Source: an uncultured Lachnospiraceae bacterium (GTDB taxonomy: Bacteria > Bacillota > Clostridia > Lachnospirales > Lachnospiraceae). From it: a DNA stretch of 33,042 nucleotides. A model generated the notes under the pieces. That model had not been told where the DNA came from. It saw only the letters and a list, made by a program, of their open reading frames with translations, and made no database searches. Shown in pieces: positions 1 to 7,316 of the stretch (positions within the stretch are counted from its first letter, which is position 1; the number at the start of each line of letters is the position of its first letter). The stretch spans positions 1-33,042 of the forward strand of contig CANQQN010000001.1 in the NCBI GenBank assembly GCA_947625995.1, in the 5' to 3' direction. The translations under genes were made by a program, and so were the position numbers.

Positions 1-57
1 TTTATTCGTCAATCCGGATTCTTTGATTATTATGTTTAATAATTCTGTAAAAGTCAT
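1..57 (-). CDS. Hypothetical protein, N-terminal 19 codons only (MTFTELLNIIIKESGLTNK...), continues past the left edge; possibly an HTH-type regulator
   Basis: ATG at 57 (minus) lies 7 nt downstream of AAAGGAG. A near-consensus promoter sits just upstream. Only 19 aa are visible, so the product is a guess. Confidence 0.35.
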   Translation of the reverse strand, partial: MTFTELLNIIIKESGLTNK

Positions 58-84
58 TTTGTTTGCTCCTTTCTTTTTTCCCTT

Positions 85-113
85 ATTATAGCAAAATATC
101 ATTGCTTATGCAA
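85..113 (-). promoter_or_regulatory. Sigma-A-like promoter for the leftward edge gene (TTGCAT-17-TATAAT)
   Basis: On the minus strand, TTGCAT (113-108), a 17-nt spacer, then TATAAT (90-85), about 28 nt upstream of the ATG at 57. Confidence 0.4.
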
Positions 114-402
114 TCAATTATTGACAAAATGGTTATTATGATGTATTGTTATGCTTAATATGATTGATTGGTTATCTTCTGTTTGACTGAACTGTTGGAA
201 GAAGCTTTTTGTATGGGATCATATTTTTTGAAAGATTGGGGGCTGATGAATTTCATTATTTTCGTTTCATAGACGAGTTATTTGTTATGCAAAAATTGTA
301 TTATGTGGAGATTGCAAAACGATACAGTCTGTACGTAAAAGAAAATACTGTTTTGCCGGTAAGAAAGAATGTATCTGCTATCGCGGTTGATTTGATGGGT
401 TG

Positions 403-437
403 CCGGTCTGATGGTCCGGTCTGATTGCCGGCCTGCT
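403..437. repeat. Three tandem 12-13-bp repeats: CCGGTCTGAT (403-412), CCGGTCTGAT (416-425), degenerate CCGGCCTGCT (428-437)
   Basis: Read directly from the sequence. Two copies are perfect and one is degenerate, and they lie in a stretch with no convincing ORF. Confidence 0.7.
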
Positions 438-447
438 TTGTGTAGAG

Positions 448-491
448 AGTGGGCGCGTCTCCCCTGCCGTGCAGGGGAGCGCCTCCCCACT
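448..491. other. Long GC-rich imperfect hairpin; not a terminator (no T-run on either strand)
   Basis: A perfect 9-bp core CTCCCCTGC/GCAGGGGAG (459-467 / 471-479) with loop CGT. It is extended by GCG/CGC and GGG..TGA/..CCC..ACT pairings. Confidence 0.6.
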
Positions 492-610
492 TCGTAACGG
501 TTCTATATACTTGATGTATAAATTGTCCATTTTGGTTGTAAATGTCGCATATACCTTTTGTTTTACTCGCCACAAGTTCGCCTCCATTTTTGCCTCAAAT
601 TTTAAGAAAA

Positions 611-652
611 GAATATGGGGGAATCCTCTTCACCGAGGATTCCCCCATATTC
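611..652 (-). terminator. Rho-independent terminator of the tRNA-Lys/tRNA-Pro transcription unit
   Basis: A perfect 18-bp stem GAATATGGGGGAATCCTC / GAGGATTCCCCCATATTC with a 6-nt loop. On the minus strand it is followed by TTTTCTT. It lies immediately downstream of the tRNA-Pro 3' end. Confidence 0.7.
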
Positions 653-662
653 TTCTCAAAGA

Positions 663-736
663 TCGGCGCGACAGGATTTGAACCTGCGACCTCAGCGTCC
701 CGAACGCTGCGCTCTACCAAACTGAGCCACGCGCCG
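663..736 (-). tRNA. tRNA-Pro (anticodon CGG)
   Basis: The reverse complement reads CGGCGCGTGGCTCAGTTTGGTAGAGCGCAGCGTTCGGGACGCTGAGGTCGCAGGTTCAAATCCTGTCGCGCCGA. It folds as a cloverleaf with anticodon loop TTCGGGA and a TTCAAAT T-loop. CCA is not encoded. Confidence 0.9.
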
Positions 737-847
737 AAAGCCTTATTTTTCGCGGTTTTTGTATATTCCGTTTTCATAAGGCATGGCTTTCTTAAAACTA
801 AAGCACCACCCCAAAGTTCATATGCCTTCAAAGCAGTGCTTTATAAG

Positions 848-920
848 TGGGCCTCCAGGGGCTCGAACCCTGCACACCCTGATTAAGAGTCAGGTGCTCT
901 ACCAAATGAGCTAGAAGCCC
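848..920 (-). tRNA. tRNA-Lys (anticodon CTT)
   Basis: The reverse complement reads GGGCTTCTAGCTCATTTGGTAGAGCACCTGACTCTTAATCAGGGTGTGCAGGGTTCGAGCCCCTGGAGGCCCA. The anticodon loop is CTCTTAA and the T-arm is CAGGG/TTCGAGC/CCCTG. Confidence 0.9.
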
Positions 921-943
921 ACGTTTTCGATAACGCAAGAGCA

Positions 944-972
944 ATTATATACTAACTCCTCTTTAAATGCAA
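944..972 (-). promoter_or_regulatory. Promoter of the tRNA-Lys/tRNA-Pro unit (TTGCAT-17-TATAAT)
   Basis: On the minus strand, TTGCAT (972-967), a 17-nt spacer, then TATAAT (949-944), about 24 nt upstream of the tRNA-Lys 5' end. Confidence 0.5.
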
Positions 973-1025
973 GTATTTTTTTGCTTTTTTTTAAAATTTT
1001 TTAAAACCTGTATTCCTTCGGCTTT

Positions 1026-1331
1026 TTATACATCCAATCTGGCTTTCAGATCCTCCGCCGTAGTTGCGCCTACCGCTGTAGACACGGCCTTCCCATTCTT
1101 AAACACAATAAAAGTAGGGATCGACTTCACCTGGTAACGCATGGCGATCTCCATCTCTTCGTCAATATTCAGTTTTGCCACCTTATACTTTCCGTTCGAT
1201 TCCGCCGCAAGGGCGTCCACCACCGGCGCCATCATCTTACAGGGGCCGCACCAGTCCGCATAAAAATCCACCAGTACGGGAATCTGGCTCTCCATAACCT
1301 CCGCGTCAAAATTTTCCTTGGTAAGCTTCAT
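1026..1331 (-). CDS. trxA: Thioredoxin
   Basis: WCGPCK active-site motif and thioredoxin length and fold pattern. I prefer the ATG at 1331. The ORF-track start at 1343 is a TTG directly abutting the purine-rich RBS. Confidence 0.9.
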   Translation of the reverse strand: MKLTKENFDAEVMESQIPVLVDFYADWCGPCKMMAPVVDALAAESNGKYKVAKLNIDEEMEIAMRYQVKSIPTFIVFKNGKAVSTAVGATTAEDLKARLDV

Positions 1332-1374
1332 AAATCTCTTCAATCCTTTCTTTTTACTGTTGTCCTTCTGCGCT

Positions 1375-1509
1375 TTACTTTTTCTTTTTGCAAAAATTAT
1401 CTATTTCTGTTTTTACTTCATTGATGGATCTTTCCAACATATGGGTCCGCTTTCTGAGTCCTTTGCACTCATAAACCTTCTGTTCCACGCACCGCTTTAT
1501 TTTTTTCAT
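1375..1509 (-). CDS. Candidate unannotated small ORF, 44 aa, very basic (MKKIKRCVEQKVYECKGLRKRTHMLERSINEVKTEIDNFCKKKK)
   Basis: An ATG..TAA ORF below the 60-aa track cutoff, on the same strand as flanking trmB and trxA, filling an otherwise empty 277-bp gap. The RBS is weak (GGTG/AGG) and I recognise no homology. Confidence 0.2.
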   Translation of the reverse strand: MKKIKRCVEQKVYECKGLRKRTHMLERSINEVKTEIDNFCKKKK

Positions 1510-1620
1510 GCCTGCACCGCTCTTCCCATATCCTGCGCCGGTCCTGCTCTTTGATCCCGGCTTTCTACGATACAGTATATGCGGCTATCTGTAATTTATC
1601 CACAGGCGGTTTTTGAACGG

Positions 1621-2271
1621 TCACATTTCCGGACGGGGCTTTATCCGCATCATACAGATAGGATTGCCGGCTGCAGAAAACCGTTCCTCATATTCAGTCA
1701 TGATATTTCCCGCAGAAAGCGTTCTGTCCTTGTGCAGATCCCGGGTACAGCACAAAAGCTCCCACCCTGCGGCTTTTGCCTCCTCCAGAGAAAAATCAAA
1801 CAGCGCCGTATTGTCCGTCTTAAACTGAACGATGCCGCCCGGTTCTATTATCTGCTCGTATCGCTTCAGAAACTGCCGGGAGGTCAGCCGCCGTTTGGCG
1901 TGCCGGTCCTTGGGCCAGGGATCCGAAAAATTCAGATAGATCCCCGCCGCCTCTTTTTTCTCAAATACATCGGTAATATATTCGGCTTCCATGCGGATCA
2001 ATCTCACATTCGGCAGCTGCTCCTGCTGCTGTTTTTCAATGGCCCGCAGCAAAACGCTGGAGTATTTTTCGATACCCACATAATTTCTGTCGGGATGAAG
2101 CTTTGCCTGCGCCATGAGAAATTGTCCTTTTCCCATGCCGATCTCAATATATACGGGGCCGTCATTGCCAAATAAGGCTTTCCAGTTTCCTTTTTGTCCG
2201 GTTTCCCCGTGTACCACAAAAGGGCTCTCGGCAATGGCTTCTCTGGAGCCTCTTATATTTCTCAGTCTCAT
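1621..2271 (-). CDS. trmB: tRNA (guanine-N7)-methyltransferase
   Basis: TrmB-like sequence with the SAM-binding block (EIGMGKG) and LNFSDPWPK. I chose the start at the internal ATG 2271 (MRLRNIRG), which is preceded by AGGAGAG. The upstream 31 codons of the ORF look non-coding. Confidence 0.9.
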   Translation of the reverse strand: MRLRNIRGSREAIAESPFVVHGETGQKGNWKALFGNDGPVYIEIGMGKGQFLMAQAKLHPDRNYVGIEKYSSVLLRAIEKQQQEQLPNVRLIRMEAEYITDVFEKKEAAGIYLNFSDPWPKDRHAKRRLTSRQFLKRYEQIIEPGGIVQFKTDNTALFDFSLEEAKAAGWELLCCTRDLHKDRTLSAGNIMTEYEERFSAAGNPICMMRIKPRPEM

Positions 2272-2417
2272 TTGCCGCCTCTCCTGTTTTAGATTTGCCG
2301 GGGCGTAAAAAAGCCCTGCGGGGACGAAATGCGGCTGTGCATTTCCCCGCCGATCTATACACATAATAATAGCACAAATTTTACAATTTGCACTACCTTT
2401 TTTCGTGTATTTTATTC

Positions 2418-2445
2418 TTGCATTTTTTACAAAAAGGTGTAAGAT
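2418..2445 (+). promoter_or_regulatory. Possible promoter of the V-type ATPase operon (TTGCAT-16-TAAGAT)
   Basis: TTGCAT at 2418-2423 and TAAGAT at 2440-2445, preceded by TG. It sits about 55 nt upstream of the first operon ATG. Confidence 0.3.
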
Positions 2446-2500
2446 AAATGAGAATTATAATTTCCTATTTACAATGTGATAACAGATAGGAGGATTTTAT

Positions 2501-2812
2501 ATGGACAGACTGATTCCCCAGCTTGTTCAGATCGAAGAAAGCGCCGAACAGATCATCAGGCAGGCCGACCTTCAGAAGCAGAAATTATCCGAAGAATATC
2601 AGAAGAAAAAAACAGATTACGAAAAATACATGGACGCCAAAACAGAAGAGACCCTGCAGGGGCTTTCCGGCAAGCTGGAGCAAAAGCGCAAGCAGGACGT
2701 CCGGAAGCTCCACATCGCCACGCAGGAAGCTTTGGTCTCCCTGAACACCGAATACAAGCAAAACGGCAAACAGATCGCAAAACAGATCGTTCAAAGGATT
2801 TTGGAAGCGTAG
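2501..2812 (+). CDS. V/A-type ATPase small coiled-coil subunit (G/H-like peripheral-stalk component)
   Basis: A 103-aa charged, heptad-like sequence in the first position of the operon, with GGAGG 8 nt upstream of the ATG. The assignment rests on position and composition rather than on recognised motifs. Confidence 0.5.
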   Translation: MDRLIPQLVQIEESAEQIIRQADLQKQKLSEEYQKKKTDYEKYMDAKTEETLQGLSGKLEQKRKQDVRKLHIATQEALVSLNTEYKQNGKQIAKQIVQRILEA

Positions 2813-2839
2813 CTTTTCAATTCCGGAAAAGAGGTATCT

Positions 2840-3892
2840 ATGACGGGCATTAACGCATACAGCGCCATGACAGCAAAAATACGTGCCATGCAGAGCCGCC
2901 TGCTTTCCGACGGGGATTTCAGGGAGCTGGCTTCTCTTTCCGGCGTTCCCGAAGCCGTGGCGTTTCTCAAACAGTTTCCCACCTACAGCCGTCTGTTTTC
3001 GGATCTTGAAGAAAACAGGATCCACCGTGGTGAAATTGAAAAATGTCTGACCAGTGCAATTTTTGACGACTTTCAGAAAATCTATTATTTTGCCAATCTG
3101 GAACAGCGCCGTATGGTTGTCCTTCTGCTGAAACGATATGTTCCCACCCTGATCAAATATCACCTTTACAGGATTCAGGGAGAAGACGACGCCCACGCAG
3201 CTTCCTTCTACACACATCCTTTCCTGAAGAAAAACCTGAAGCTGGACATAGACGCGCTGGCAAACTGCGACACTATGGAAGCGTTGATCCACGCTCTTAA
3301 GGGCTCCGGATATGATCTTGCGTTAAAGACTGTTTTTCAGTCCCCGAACCCTTCTCTTCTGCATTACGAATTTGCGTTGGATATGTATTATTTTTCCAAT
3401 CTCTGGAAAAAAAAGGAAAAGTACCTTTCCGGCGTGGATCTGGAGGTCATCGAGCGCAGCGTAGGGAGCAATCTGGACCTTCTGAACATTCAATGGATCT
3501 ACCGCTGCAAACGGTATTTCTTTTTATCCCCCGCGGACATCAGCGCTCTTTTGATCCCCGTTCATTATAAACTGAAAAAAACGCAGCTGCGGCAGCTGAT
3601 CGAGACCTCCACGCCGGAAGAATTTATGGCGGCCATCAAGGCTACTTATTACGGCAGGCGGTTTGAGCGCTTTCTTCCCGAAGACTTTGGAAGGGGACAA
3701 CTGGAACAGATGCACCAGAAGATCCTGCATACGGTCTATTTTTCCGACCGCCGCAACTATCCTTATTCCATTGCCATTATCAATTCCTACATCTTTCAGA
3801 AAGAATCGGAGATCTCCCGCATCGTCACCGCGCTGGAGGGCATCCGTTATTCACTGAATACAAGTGAAATCATAGATTACATTACCACCTGA
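2840..3892 (+). CDS. ntpC: V/A-type ATPase subunit C (eukaryotic d homologue)
   Basis: 350 aa, a size and helical composition typical of bacterial V-type subunit C, within the operon. Confidence 0.75.
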   Translation: MTGINAYSAMTAKIRAMQSRLLSDGDFRELASLSGVPEAVAFLKQFPTYSRLFSDLEENRIHRGEIEKCLTSAIFDDFQKIYYFANLEQRRMVVLLLKRYVPTLIKYHLYRIQGEDDAHAASFYTHPFLKKNLKLDIDALANCDTMEALIHALKGSGYDLALKTVFQSPNPSLLHYEFALDMYYFSNLWKKKEKYLSGVDLEVIERSVGSNLDLLNIQWIYRCKRYFFLSPADISALLIPVHYKLKKTQLRQLIETSTPEEFMAAIKATYYGRRFERFLPEDFGRGQLEQMHQKILHTVYFSDRRNYPYSIAIINSYIFQKESEISRIVTALEGIRYSLNTSEIIDYITT

Positions 3893-3932
3893 CGGCTGTT
3901 GCCTGCCGCCAATTACAAGGAGGTGTGAAAAA

Positions 3933-5876
3933 GTGGTTGAAAAAATGAAGTTTCTGAGTATTACCGGCCCGAGAGAAACCTTTGACCGGGTATTGGATCA
4001 ATACTTGAGCAAATACAGCATTCATTTGGAAAACGCACTTTCAGAATTAAAAAACGTCACCAACCTGCGGCCCTTCACAGAGACAAATCCCTACAAGGAC
4101 TGCCTCGCCCGGCTGGACGCCATGCTGGCCATGGTAGAACCGGAGGAGCACACGGAGGAATCCGCCGCTTCCGCAGAAGAACTCATTGCCTTTGTCAATG
4201 AGATATCCGCAGGCATCCACGAGCTTGAAGAGCAGAGAAAAGCCCTCACCGTCCAACGGGAATCCATGCGGCAGTGCGCGGACGCCATCCAGCCCTTCCG
4301 GGCGCTGGAGCACCATCTGACAGATATCCTGAAATTTGATTTTATTACTTTCCGGTTCGGACGGATCGCCCAGCAGTATTTTGAGAATTTCAGCGATTAT
4401 CTTCAAAAGATAACGGATACGCTGTTTTACAAATGCGATTCTTCTCAGGAATATGTCTACGGCGTCTACTTTGTGCCCAAGACTATGCAGGATCGCATCG
4501 ACGCCGTTTACGCATCCCTGCATTTCGAGGTGATCTCCATACAGGACCAGCTTCCGGATCATTTGCGGGATTCCGAGAATCCTTTCGCCGAGGTTGCGAA
4601 CACTCTTCAGGATCTGGATCTACAGCTTGGAGAAATCCATGAGAAAATTCTGGAAAAGGTCAACGCGAAAAAGACGGAGCTTTTTCAAGCAAAGGCGCGT
4701 CTGGAAGAACTGTCCTCTCATTTCGAGGTGCGGAAGCTGGCCGCGTGTACCAGAGAAGACCAGACTGTTTACTTTATTCTCTGTGGCTGGATGCCGGAGA
4801 AGGAAGCTCTGGCGCTGATCAAGGAAACAGAAAACGACGAACAGATCGATGTGGTCTTCGAGGACCGGGAGGCGGATGAATTTAATCCGGCGCCCACCAG
4901 ACTGAAAAATCCCCGGATATTCAAGCCTTTCCAGATGTTTATCCGCATGTACGGCCTACCTGCTCAGGGAGAACTGGATCCCACAGTTTTTGTGGCGCTG
5001 ACCTATGCTTTTATCTTCGGCTGGATGTTCGGCGACGTGGGACAGGGCGCGATCCTTGTTATCGGCGGTTTCCTGCTGTATAAAATCAAACATATAGATC
5101 TGGCCGCTATCATCGGATTTGCCGGCATCTTCTCTGTATTTTTCGGTTTTATGTTCGGCAGTATCTTTGGTTTTGAGGATATCATAGACGCGGTGTGGCT
5201 GCGGCCTATTTCGGCCATGTCCTCTCTTCCGTTTGTAGGACGGCTGAATACGGTATTTGCCATTGCCATCGCATTCGGTATGGGATTGAATCTTCTGGCG
5301 ATGATCTTCCATATCATCAACGGGATCCGCACAAAGGACAAAGAATACGCGTTCTTTGACCAGAACGGCGCCGCGGGATTTGTATTTTACGGCGCTCTGG
5401 CTGTTACGGTGATCCTGTTCATGACCGGGCATCCGGTTCCCGCCGCGATCCTGCTGGTGATCCTGTTCGGCATCCCGCTGATTCTCATTGCCTTCAAAGA
5501 GCCGATCACAAGAGCCATCGAAAAGAAAAAGCCTTTGATCGAGGACGGCAAAGTCATGTTTGTGGTGCAGTTGTTTTTTGAAATGTTTGAAATACTGCTG
5601 AGTTACTTTTCAAATACGTTGTCCTTTGTCCGTATCGGCGCCTTTGCGGTCAGCCATGCAGCCATGATGGAGGTGGTGCTGATGCTCGCCGGCGCGGAGA
5701 GCGGTTCCCCCAACTGGGTGGTCGTGGTCCTCGGCAATCTGTTTGTCTGCGGGCTGGAGGGCCTGATCGTAGGCATTCAGGTACTGAGACTGGAATACTA
5801 TGAGCTGTTCAGCCGGTTCTACAAGGGCACCGGCCGGGAATTTGTCCCTTATCAGCATGAAGTGAATAAGAAATAA
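3933..5876 (+). CDS. ntpI: V/A-type ATPase subunit I (membrane a-subunit)
   Basis: 647 aa, with a soluble N-terminal half and a multi-TM C-terminal half containing the conserved LSFVRIGAFAVSHA arginine helix. GTG start at 3933, 9 nt after AAGGAGG; an alternative ATG lies at 3945. Confidence 0.9.
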   Translation: MVEKMKFLSITGPRETFDRVLDQYLSKYSIHLENALSELKNVTNLRPFTETNPYKDCLARLDAMLAMVEPEEHTEESAASAEELIAFVNEISAGIHELEEQRKALTVQRESMRQCADAIQPFRALEHHLTDILKFDFITFRFGRIAQQYFENFSDYLQKITDTLFYKCDSSQEYVYGVYFVPKTMQDRIDAVYASLHFEVISIQDQLPDHLRDSENPFAEVANTLQDLDLQLGEIHEKILEKVNAKKTELFQAKARLEELSSHFEVRKLAACTREDQTVYFILCGWMPEKEALALIKETENDEQIDVVFEDREADEFNPAPTRLKNPRIFKPFQMFIRMYGLPAQGELDPTVFVALTYAFIFGWMFGDVGQGAILVIGGFLLYKIKHIDLAAIIGFAGIFSVFFGFMFGSIFGFEDIIDAVWLRPISAMSSLPFVGRLNTVFAIAIAFGMGLNLLAMIFHIINGIRTKDKEYAFFDQNGAAGFVFYGALAVTVILFMTGHPVPAAILLVILFGIPLILIAFKEPITRAIEKKKPLIEDGKVMFVVQLFFEMFEILLSYFSNTLSFVRIGAFAVSHAAMMEVVLMLAGAESGSPNWVVVVLGNLFVCGLEGLIVGIQVLRLEYYELFSRFYKGTGREFVPYQHEVNKK

Positions 5877-5909
5877 ATCACATATAAATATTTTAAGGAG
5901 GTCATAACT

Positions 5910-6353
5910 ATGACAATGTTAATCAAGATCACTTTGATCGTTGCGCTCCTTCTGAGCATCATTATTCCTTTCGGCGCGTTTCTCCTTGGTGAAAAGAGCA
6001 AGGGCAGATACAAAGCCGCGCTGGGCGTCAACGTATTTTTCTTCTTTGGCACCCTTCTCCTTGCGGTCATCGCGATGTTTGCATTTCCTGCCGAAGTTTC
6101 CGCCGCAGGTGAGGCCGCCGCGGAGGCAGGCGACGGATTTTCCACCGGCCTTGCCTATATCGGCGCCGCTCTCTCCACCGGCATGTCCTGTATCGGCGGC
6201 GGTATTGCCGTGGCAAATGCCGCGTCCGCGGCGCTGGGCGCTATCTCAGAAGACGGCTCTATTCTCGGTAAGTCCCTGATCTTCGTGGGTCTTGCGGAAG
6301 GCGTCGCCCTGTACGGACTGATCATTTCCTTCATGATCCTCGGCAACGTATGA
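5910..6353 (+). CDS. ntpK: V/A-type ATPase proteolipid subunit K (c-ring)
   Basis: The C-terminal 75 aa form a canonical glycine-rich c-subunit hairpin with the carboxylate in GLAEGVALYG. A strong RBS AAGGAGG precedes the ATG at 5910. The N-terminal ~70 aa are atypical (see findings). Confidence 0.85.
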   Translation: MTMLIKITLIVALLLSIIIPFGAFLLGEKSKGRYKAALGVNVFFFFGTLLLAVIAMFAFPAEVSAAGEAAAEAGDGFSTGLAYIGAALSTGMSCIGGGIAVANAASAALGAISEDGSILGKSLIFVGLAEGVALYGLIISFMILGNV

Positions 6354-6388
6354 TACATGGCAACGATAGCAAAAGGATGTGATTCCCT

Positions 6389-6697
6389 ATGAAAATGTAT
6401 CTCATCAGCGATAACATTGATACTTATACCGGCATGCGCCTTGTGGGCGTAGAAGGCGCCGTGGTCCACGAACGGAATGAATTGCGGGAAGCGCTGGAAA
6501 AGGCGGTTTCCGACAGTTCCATCGGCATTATACTTCTGACGGAAAAATTCGGCAGGGAATTTCCCGATATCATTGACGATGTGAAGCTGAACCGCTCCCT
6601 TCCCCTGATCATCGAGATCCCGGACCGCCACGGCACCGGACGCAATCCGGATTTTATCACATCCTATGTAAACGAGGCCATTGGCCTGAAATTATAG
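6389..6697 (+). CDS. ntpG: V/A-type ATPase subunit F
   Basis: 102 aa, with the MK..I.D.DT..G.RL.G N-terminus typical of V-type F subunits, in the expected operon position. Confidence 0.8.
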   Translation: MKMYLISDNIDTYTGMRLVGVEGAVVHERNELREALEKAVSDSSIGIILLTEKFGREFPDIIDDVKLNRSLPLIIEIPDRHGTGRNPDFITSYVNEAIGLKL

Positions 6698-6719
6698 CTG
6701 TTACTGCTTTCAAAAAGAG

Positions 6720-7316
6720 GTGAATGCTTTGACGATTGAAGAAAAACTGGTTCATTTTCAAAAGAAGGCGGTGGAATCCGCCCGTCTCCAGAGCAATTCC
6801 GTTATCGATGAATATACCGCGGGTCTGGAATCCATTTTTGAGGATTTCCGCATGGAAAAAGACCGGCAGGCCCATCTTCTGATTCAGACAGAGACCGACC
6901 GTCTGACTCAGGAAGCAAACAGGCAGCTGCACGAGGAGCAGCTGCAGATCAAGCGGGAATTTACAAAATACACCGGCGAACTGAAAGAAAAGCTGTTTAC
7001 CGACGTTGCCAATATGCTGGAAGAATTTATGCAGACGCCGGATTATGAAGCTTGGCTGGTCAAGAGGATCAAAGAGGCGAAAGAATTTGCCAGAGGCGAA
7101 GAGATCGTCATCTATATCGACCCGGCGGACTCCCAGCGCCTGTTACATCTTCAGGAACAGACCCACACGCAGCTTTCCGTCAGCAAATATTCCTTTTTTG
7201 GCGGCGTCCGCGCAGTGATTCCCGGAAGACATATCCTGATCGACAATTCCTTCGAGACAAAGCTTCGGGAAGAAAAAGAAAACTTTACGTTCAGAGGGAT
7301 CACAAATGGAAAATAA
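6720..7316 (+). CDS. ntpE: V/A-type ATPase subunit E
   Basis: 198 aa with a long charged N-terminal helix and a globular C-terminus, in the expected operon position. The start is uncertain: GTG at 6720 abuts the RBS, and TTG at 6729 has better spacing. Confidence 0.8.
   Translation: MNALTIEEKLVHFQKKAVESARLQSNSVIDEYTAGLESIFEDFRMEKDRQAHLLIQTETDRLTQEANRQLHEEQLQIKREFTKYTGELKEKLFTDVANMLEEFMQTPDYEAWLVKRIKEAKEFARGEEIVIYIDPADSQRLLHLQEQTHTQLSVSKYSFFGGVRAVIPGRHILIDNSFETKLREEKENFTFRGITNGK

Noticed and set aside
209-587. Four overlapping ORFs of 69-90 aa (209-424 plus; 278-490, 301-573 and 378-587 minus)
   Set aside because: They mutually overlap and have poor or alternative starts. Their sequences are not protein-like, with Pro/Arg/Gly runs produced by the GC-rich hairpin and repeats. 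I treat the region as non-coding.
737-847. The 111-nt spacer between tRNA-Lys and tRNA-Pro, checked for a third tRNA or small RNA
   Set aside because: It has no cloverleaf and no T-loop (GTTCRANYC) signature. Only short stems (AAGGCAT/ATGCCTT) are present, consistent with a processing spacer.
1596-1604. A perfect DnaA box (TTATCCACA) just downstream of the trmB stop
   Set aside because: It is a single isolated 9-mer about 23 kb from oriC. One chance occurrence in 33 kb on two strands is not improbable (expectation about 0.25), and no neighbouring boxes are present.
2585-3292. A 235-aa minus-strand ORF antisense to the first two V-ATPase genes
   Set aside because: It spans two sense genes and their intergenic RBS and has no recognisable domains. 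The sense strand is clearly coding within an operon.
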